A stretch of 23,228 nucleotides of DNA from sequence record NZ_CP145108.1; one strand, 5' to 3'. How positions within the stretch are numbered: the stretch's first letter is position 1; the number at the start of each line of letters is the position of its first letter. Positions 17,536 to 23,228 of the stretch are shown here, in pieces. The notes under the pieces are model-generated. The model had not been told where the DNA came from and searched no databases. It worked only from the letters and a program-made list of their open reading frames with translations. Source of the DNA: a plasmid. The translations under genes were made by a program, and so were the position numbers.

Positions 17536-17544
17536 ACGAAGTCC

Positions 17545-18396
17545 TTGTACATCTATCGGAAATACGCTTTTAAAATTCGCCAGATAGCCCCGCAATCATC
17601 CGCGCAATCTCGGGTTGACCTCAGTCGCATTCAGGCCTCACCACAAGTGCTGGGATTAATCCTCAGCTACTATGTGAACTATGGCATCTCCGCTGCCAAG
17701 ACTGCCGCGTTAATGTACGACATCCATGGCATCAAGATTTCCAAGCAAACCATTCTCAATTACGCACAAGCCGTGGCGGCCAATGTTCGACCCTTCCTGG
17801 ATAATTATCCGTATCAGCTTTCCAGCCAATTGGTGGGTGACGAAACTTATCTGCGCGTGAAAGGAAAATGGCACTATCTGTTCTACTTCTATGACGTGAA
17901 CAAAAAAATTATCCTGGCAGATTACGTGACCCCCAAGCGAACCACTGAATCAGCGTGCATCGCGATCTATCAAGTCCTCAAAAAGTATCAAGTGATTCCT
18001 GAGAACCTGCGGTTCACGGTTGACGATAATCCCATCTATCGAGTGGCCAGACTATATTATGCACATCAGGAAGGCATCAACTTCGACCTTAATATCGTTA
18101 AAGGCTTAACCAACGAAACCGAGGTGGCGAAGGAATATCGCCCCGCCAAGCAAACCATTGAACGCTTAAATCGCTCACTGAAAGCTAATTATCGCCCAAT
18201 GGGGGGCTTTAAGTCAGCCAGCGGCTCTATCACTTACGTGACGCTGTATTCACTCTGCCATAATTTTTTACGGCCCCATCAAAGTCTGGGATACCATCCA
18301 CCAGTTGAAGTTCCTGAATTAACGGGACTTACCCGCATGCCAGACAAGTGGTTGAGACTCATCAAACTCGCTCAAGAACAGCTACCAATTGCTTGA
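17545..18396 (+). CDS. DDE transposase, distant IS6-family-like
   Basis: Blockwise resemblance to IS26/IS257 Tnp: YGIS HTH region, VGDETYLRVKGKWHYLFYFYD (compare HMDETYVKVNGRWAYLYRAVD), FTVDDNP, QTIERLNRSLK, GFKS. Longer than typical IS6 Tnp. Start codon uncertain. High-GC gene. Confidence 0.55.
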   Translation: MYIYRKYAFKIRQIAPQSSAQSRVDLSRIQASPQVLGLILSYYVNYGISAAKTAALMYDIHGIKISKQTILNYAQAVAANVRPFLDNYPYQLSSQLVGDETYLRVKGKWHYLFYFYDVNKKIILADYVTPKRTTESACIAIYQVLKKYQVIPENLRFTVDDNPIYRVARLYYAHQEGINFDLNIVKGLTNETEVAKEYRPAKQTIERLNRSLKANYRPMGGFKSASGSITYVTLYSLCHNFLRPHQSLGYHPPVEVPELTGLTRMPDKWLRLIKLAQEQLPIA

Positions 18397-18804
18397 TTTT
18401 GGTAATTGGAGCCCGGTGGTTCTTTATCGTCAAATGGCGGTAGCGAACACTTGACAAGCCGAAAAGCCAATGGGTTAAACTTAAATGACCCGAGGCTTAT
18501 TTAAGTGGCCTTGATTTCGTCTAACCATCGCCTCGGCACCGCTGAGCCAACCCATTGGCCGGCTTGTCAGGTGCATTTGACGATTACGACCACGTAGTAG
18601 ACTGCAAACCTGAATGGAAACTATATTAGAATCTACTTTTTCATGGAACTTTGGACATTACCGATTTCCTAACGTTTATAGTTTAGCACTGGAAAACCCA
18701 AAAGGTGTCTGACAGCACTTGGTATTAGCCACCATACAAAAAATCCCCATTCAGTCCGAAAACTGATGAGGATCGTCACGCAAAACTTATTAATTTAACC
18801 ATGA

Positions 18805-18933
18805 TTACTTCTGTTGGCCTTTCAATACCGAATTCCAGAAAAGACGTGAATTCAAATCATCTTTCAAGGTTCCTGAACGGCGATTCTTTCTTTCAGTGGT
18901 TCTTGCAAATAAATTCTTCAAAGTCTTTGGCAT
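18805..18933 (-). CDS. small basic ORF of 42 aa with a strong Shine-Dalgarno sequence; function unknown
   Basis: Minus strand AAGGAGG 8 nt upstream of ATG (MPKTLKNLFARTTERKNRRSGTLKDDLNSRLFWNSVLKGQQK). Intergenic location between the IS6-like gene and the ECF operon. Confidence 0.3.
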   Translation of the reverse strand: MPKTLKNLFARTTERKNRRSGTLKDDLNSRLFWNSVLKGQQK

Positions 18934-19395
18934 AAAACATTCCTCCTTGGTCAATTCTATGAAGCTTATCAATCTTCTCTCTACTAAGTAGTATAGCGCT
19001 ACTGTCGACCAGGGAGATAGTAATATGCTTATAAAATTTACCAAAGCAAAGCCCCGACACGGATGACTTTTTCCGCCTCGGGATGTTGCTTGAAGGATGT
19101 TGCAGCTTTTGCTTTCAATGATTTTCAGAAAGTTATTTACGTGTTAACCACCTCGCTTGTTCGGATGAACCCGTATAAATGACAGCTTAGCAGGTCACGG
19201 TAAATTTAGTGTAAAAATGGTGTAAAAAGGCTGTACATAATATCCAAAAGGTGATAAATCAGTTCGCAAATTTCACCATTTAAAAACGCCTCAAAATAAT
19301 ACTAGCCACCACACAAGATATGCCGTTTACCACCCTTGGCAACGATGATATACTGTTGGAAGGGCTTACTAACCCTTAGAAAGTCGGGATTTTCC

Positions 19396-20367
19396 ATGAC
19401 ACACACCCCAATCAAGATGACGTTTTTTTCGCAGCTTCATCCAGTAGCGCTCACGCTGTACTTTACTGAGCTGATCGTCTGCCTCCTGCTGTTTAATCAC
19501 GTGGCGGTCGCGGTGGCTGAGTTCATCGCGCTCACGATCACAGCCACCTACTACCTTGGCGGCCGAAAGACGGCGCGCCAACTGAAATACGCCGTTTCAT
19601 TTCTATTAATGATTCTATTTTTCAATACGCTCCTCAATCAAAAGTTTCCGCCGATTCTTTGGCATTTCAAATGGGGCATTCTGACGTTCAAATTTTCGTA
19701 TCCGGCATTTCTGTACGGCATTGCGATGGCAATTGTCCTGATCGCAATGCTGTTTGTTTTTTCAGTCCTAAACGCGGTTCTGACCCCCAGCAAGCTGATC
19801 TACGTGTTCTCGCCGATTGTGCCCCGGCTGGCAGTACTGGTCACCATTTCGTTTACGCTGGTCACCAGCTTCACCGATAGGCTCAAACGGATTTTGCGCC
19901 TGCAAAAAACCCGCAACGTCGACGTGGTTAATGGATCATTGAAGACCCGCACCCAAAAGACGCTCCACATCTTCGAAATTCTTCTGCAGGACGCCCTGTC
20001 TTCTGCGATGGAAACCGCCAATTTAATGGACGCCCGCGGATTTGGCGCCGCCAAGCGGACCCACTACCGCTCGTATCACTGGCAGTTTAGTGACCTGCTG
20101 TTCATCACGATTGCCACCGTCATGCTAGTTGCAACTATCGGCGTCCGGATTCTTTCAATGGGCACCAGTCGTTCAGTCGCCAATTTCACCACCATTTTTA
20201 CGCCGGGCGATACTTGGCCCATCGTCGTCACGGCACTCCTATTCTTACTACCATTAATCTCAGAGGGGTCTATCGTTCATGCAAAAATTAGCTACCGTGA
20301 CCCATCTCACGTTCACCTATCCCGATCAATCAACCCCCGTTCTGGACGACGTCAACTTCACCATTGA
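19396..20367 (+). CDS. ecfT: ECF transporter transmembrane (T) component, CbiQ/EcfT family; start uncertain
   Basis: Multi-TM protein with the EcfT signature Ala-Arg-Gly region (ETANLMDARGFG). The longest ORF starts at 19336, the ATG at 19396 is used here, and 19420 is also possible. The C-terminal 30 codons overlap the ATPase gene. Confidence 0.7.
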   Translation: MTHTPIKMTFFSQLHPVALTLYFTELIVCLLLFNHVAVAVAEFIALTITATYYLGGRKTARQLKYAVSFLLMILFFNTLLNQKFPPILWHFKWGILTFKFSYPAFLYGIAMAIVLIAMLFVFSVLNAVLTPSKLIYVFSPIVPRLAVLVTISFTLVTSFTDRLKRILRLQKTRNVDVVNGSLKTRTQKTLHIFEILLQDALSSAMETANLMDARGFGAAKRTHYRSYHWQFSDLLFITIATVMLVATIGVRILSMGTSRSVANFTTIFTPGDTWPIVVTALLFLLPLISEGSIVHAKISYRDPSHVHLSRSINPRSGRRQLHH

Positions 20368-21943
20368 CCCCGGCGATTTTATTGTGATTGCCGGTAATAC
20401 CGGCAGTGGCAAGACGACCCTGCTTAACCATTTGAAAAGGGAGCTCATGCCCAAAGGAGCCCGAACTGGTGACGTTCAAATTGCCGAAACACCGGTTGCT
20501 GACATGCCGAAGTTGGTGAGTGCCCAAACCGTCGGCTATGTGGCCCAAGATCCACAAACCCAGCCGGTGATGGCAACGGTGATCGAAGAACTGGCCTTCC
20601 CATTAGAAAATATTGGCTGTCCCAGCAATGAAATCGAACGCCGGATTACCGAACTGGCAAATTTCTTAGGTTTGGATCAAAACCTCGATCGCCAAATACA
20701 TCAATTATCCGGCGGCCAGCTTCAGTTGGTAAACCTGGCTTCGGTTCTCATCTTGCGCCCAAAATTAATTTTACTGGACGAACCCACGTCCCAGTTGGAT
20801 CCGCTGACCGCTCAGCATTTTCTCACCGTTTTAGGGCGGATTAATCAAGAATTAGGGATTACAATTATGTTGACTGAACACCGGCTGAGCACGGTAGCAG
20901 CCATGGCCAACCGGATGATTCTCCTGCAGGATTACCACCTGACCTTTGACGGTGATCCCCACAGCGGCTTGGCAAAAATGGCCACTGATGCCCACTTGAC
21001 CTATTTCGTACCGTCAATTCCCAAGCTCTTCTTAGATCAACAGATTCGAACCTCCCAATTGCCGATTTCAGTAGCCGATGCCCAGTCGGCGATTCGGACT
21101 CACCATCTTCAATTTCAATCAGTGACGACCGGCGGCAAGGTTGCGCAATTACCCCCAGCCGAAAAACCAATTCTAACCGTCAATAACATTTCCTTTAGCT
21201 TCGACGGCCAACATAACGTCCTCCATCACCTGAACCTGGCGATTAATCCCGGTACGTGGTTGGCAATTGTCGGCAAAAACGGCTCCGGCAAATCAACCCT
21301 GTTAACGCTGATTTGTGGACTAATGACGCCGCAGCACGGCAAAATTCGTTTCGTCCACCAGTTAGTTTGGAAAATGGCCATTAACCAGCGAATGGCCAAA
21401 CTGGCATTTCTATCGCAAACTCCCCGTCTCCAATTTACAGCCGATACCGTTCGTGAGGAGCTGGAAGTTCAGGCGGCTGAATTACGGTTGCCAGACGCTA
21501 AGGCCCAAGTTGACCATATGATTAATCAATTTCATTTGAACCGTATTGAGAAACAAAATCCATTTGACATTAGTGGCGGCCAACAACAGCTGGTTGGATT
21601 AGCAATCGCACTGATGGCGACCCCTGATCTGTTGGTTCTGGACGAGCCAACCAAGGGACTGGATCCCTACACCAAAATTCAGGTGGGCAACCTGCTGAAA
21701 CAGTACCAACAAGCCGGTATGACCATTGTGATTGCCAGCCACGACATGGAATTCTGTGCTAAATTTGCCGACAAATGCACGTTTATGTTTGATGGCCATC
21801 TCAACACGCTGCTTGCCACGCAATCATTTTTTGCCGATAACTTTTTCTTCACCACGCCAATTAACCGGATTGCCCGTGATCAGGTTAAGGACGCCCTACT
21901 GCCAGTCGATCTGAAGCTGGCGAACCATCCAGAAAGGGGGTGA
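20279..21943 (+). CDS. ecfA: fused tandem ECF ATPase (EcfA-EcfA' in one polypeptide)
   Basis: Two complete ABC cassettes. Walker A GNTGSGKTT and GKNGSGKST. Signatures LSGGQLQ and ISGGQQQ. Walker B/D-loops LLDEPTSQLD and VLDEPTKGLD. AGAGGGG RBS. Confidence 0.85.
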   Translation: MQKLATVTHLTFTYPDQSTPVLDDVNFTIDPGDFIVIAGNTGSGKTTLLNHLKRELMPKGARTGDVQIAETPVADMPKLVSAQTVGYVAQDPQTQPVMATVIEELAFPLENIGCPSNEIERRITELANFLGLDQNLDRQIHQLSGGQLQLVNLASVLILRPKLILLDEPTSQLDPLTAQHFLTVLGRINQELGITIMLTEHRLSTVAAMANRMILLQDYHLTFDGDPHSGLAKMATDAHLTYFVPSIPKLFLDQQIRTSQLPISVADAQSAIRTHHLQFQSVTTGGKVAQLPPAEKPILTVNNISFSFDGQHNVLHHLNLAINPGTWLAIVGKNGSGKSTLLTLICGLMTPQHGKIRFVHQLVWKMAINQRMAKLAFLSQTPRLQFTADTVREELEVQAAELRLPDAKAQVDHMINQFHLNRIEKQNPFDISGGQQQLVGLAIALMATPDLLVLDEPTKGLDPYTKIQVGNLLKQYQQAGMTIVIASHDMEFCAKFADKCTFMFDGHLNTLLATQSFFADNFFFTTPINRIARDQVKDALLPVDLKLANHPERG

Positions 21944-21950
21944 GTGTTAC

Positions 21951-22661
21951 TTGAAACAATCTTCGTTACTCAACCGGTATCGGTTATTAATTGCGTTACT
22001 GTTAATGTTTATTTTTCTGCTATTCATTGTCTTATTGAAGGGAAAGCACTACCTATTATTTAGCTTTATGTGCCTAATCTGTAGCCTTTTACCCGCGTAC
22101 TGGCGCTTCGAACACGATCCAATCAGCACCCAAACGTTGATGTTTGTCGCCGTTTTGATCGCGTTGGCGGTTGCCACCCGGGTCCCACTGGGCGCCATTC
22201 CTGGTGTGCAGGGAGCCAGCTTCGTCGTAATTCTAAGCGGTGTCAGTCTCGGCCCGGAACTGGGCTTTATCACAGGATCTACCACGGCACTGGTTTCCAA
22301 CATGTTTATGGGTCAAGGACCATGGACGCCTTGGCAGATGGTCGCCTGGGGCTTAATGGGGTTAACCGCTGGCCTCTTCATGAAGGCCCGATTGTCCCAT
22401 AGTCTGATTTTTATGATCGTGTTTGCCTGCGTCTGGGGCTATTTGTTTGGCTGGATCATGGACCTCTGGTACGCCCTGGCCTACGTATCACCGCTGACCA
22501 TCAAGAGTTTTATCTTGGCTTTTGCGGCCAGTTTCTTTCCATTTGACACGTTCCACGCAGCATCCAATGCCTTTCTCATCGCGCTATTTTACAAACCATG
22601 GGAGAAGCTGTTTCACCGCTTAGTCACCAAATACAATATTTTACCGGATAAAAACCAATAG
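21951..22661 (+). CDS. ECF transporter substrate-specific (S) component
   Basis: 236-aa, six-TM small integral membrane protein immediately after ecfA (TTG start, GGGGTG RBS). General S-component architecture. Specificity cannot be assigned from sequence alone. Confidence 0.55.
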   Translation: MKQSSLLNRYRLLIALLLMFIFLLFIVLLKGKHYLLFSFMCLICSLLPAYWRFEHDPISTQTLMFVAVLIALAVATRVPLGAIPGVQGASFVVILSGVSLGPELGFITGSTTALVSNMFMGQGPWTPWQMVAWGLMGLTAGLFMKARLSHSLIFMIVFACVWGYLFGWIMDLWYALAYVSPLTIKSFILAFAASFFPFDTFHAASNAFLIALFYKPWEKLFHRLVTKYNILPDKNQ

Positions 22662-22680
22662 AAAAAGGATGGATTAATCA

Positions 22681-22890
22681 ATGAAATTAACATCAAAGCT
22701 ACTCATGATCTCTGCTTCAACCCTATTAGGATTTGGCAGTATCGCACCAGCCTTCACCGCCAATGCAGCCAGCGTTAAGACCGCCAGTCGTGCTTATCAA
22801 AATAGCAAGATCAAAGCCAACTACCGTTACGCGAAGAATCTGATGATTAAAAACAAGACCGGATTGTCAGGCAAGACGACCGCGACATGA
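22681..22890 (+). pseudogene. 5' fragment of a paralogue of the 14497-15543 / 15631-17133 secreted proteins, truncated by the ISL3 remnant
   Basis: Signal peptide, then [18 protein letters not shown], compare YAKKMIKENKTGLSGQSS in the 348-aa protein. The reading frame runs into antisense ISL3 transposase sequence at about 22890. Confidence 0.55.
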
Positions 22891-23184
22891 GTGAGCTTGT
22901 GTCCGTTAGGGTGCAACGTATTGTATCCACAGCTGGGACAGCGCCTGAGTGTGTAGGTAAGCTCTGCCTGGATGACCAAATACTTTTTGCGACCCGAGCC
23001 CCGACCATGAAATTCCTCACGAGTACCGAACACCTGAATGTTTGTGTCTGTAATTCCCAGTAATTTAAGTGTATTATCTAGTTGAGACATCTATTCCTAC
23101 CCCGCTTATCTTGAGTTTCGTCGCTTAAAGCATAGCACTAGGGAGGCTTAGATGCCTTTTTTTGTTATCAAAAAGTACTAGGCC
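22890..23184 (-). mobile_element. ISL3-family IS remnant: terminal IR plus N-terminal about 65 codons of the transposase
   Basis: Minus strand encodes [65 protein letters not shown] (ISL3-type N-terminal zinc-finger). The 23027-23174 stretch is identical to 12958-13105. The element is cut off internally at about 22890. Confidence 0.65.
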
Positions 23185-23228
23185 CTAATTTAAAAAGCCA
23201 TTGATAATGGATCAAAAACGGCCAATAG

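Noticed and set aside
19060-19335. Possible second cobalamin riboswitch upstream of the ECF operon (GGUGUAAAAAGGCUGUACA, GGUGAUAAAUCAG, UUGGAAGGGC)
   Set aside because: Only loose resemblance to single blocks. No GCCCCCGC/ACUGU core, no GCCACUG, no B12 box. Not called.
1-23228. CRISPR arrays, tRNA or rRNA genes
   Set aside because: No regularly spaced short direct repeats, no cloverleaf-like conserved tRNA blocks, and no rRNA-like conserved stretches were recognised.

Overview
This window reads as a mosaic, low-GC theta-replicating mobilizable plasmid, probably from a Lactobacillaceae host (host is inferred from composition and gene content).

Backbone modules (about 30-38% GC):
- A serine resolvase, plus a second 3' fragment of the same gene. 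The two bracket a block holding a truncated IS4-like transposase, a nested IS5-family IS, and a 5'-truncated GH8-like gene.
- A type II (actin-like ParM/ParR-type) partition pair.
- A RepA_N replication initiator with in-gene tandem repeats (candidate iterons), and a tandem duplication of its 3' end.
- A three-gene RHH / small-acidic-protein / zeta-toxin-like kinase module, omega-epsilon-zeta-like.
- Two divergent small coiled-coil genes, an RSF1010-like oriT, and a MobA/MobL relaxase.
- A topoisomerase IA gene fragment and a second IS5-family IS with an intact A_AAA_AAA -1 frameshift site.

The second half is a compositionally distinct island, about 42-55% GC. Its left boundary and the truncated gene at its right edge each abut a remnant end of the same ISL3-family element. 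It contains:
- On the minus strand, a cobalamin-type riboswitch, recognised by its conserved aptamer motifs, followed by a terminator hairpin and then an operon of secreted or surface proteins.
- Two of those proteins end in DUF4430-like domains, which resemble the transcobalamin beta-domain that binds B12. A third looks like an alpha/alpha-toroid repeat protein.
- An IS6-like transposase gene.
- A dedicated ECF-type transporter: a T component, a fused tandem EcfA-EcfA' ATPase, and an S component.

Taken together this looks like a plasmid-borne, riboswitch-controlled surface corrinoid-capture system (a split transcobalamin-like arrangement) coupled to an ECF importer. It is the most interesting candidate in the window. 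Its function is inferred from context, motifs and remembered domain families, not from searches.

No rRNA, tRNA or CRISPR array was seen.
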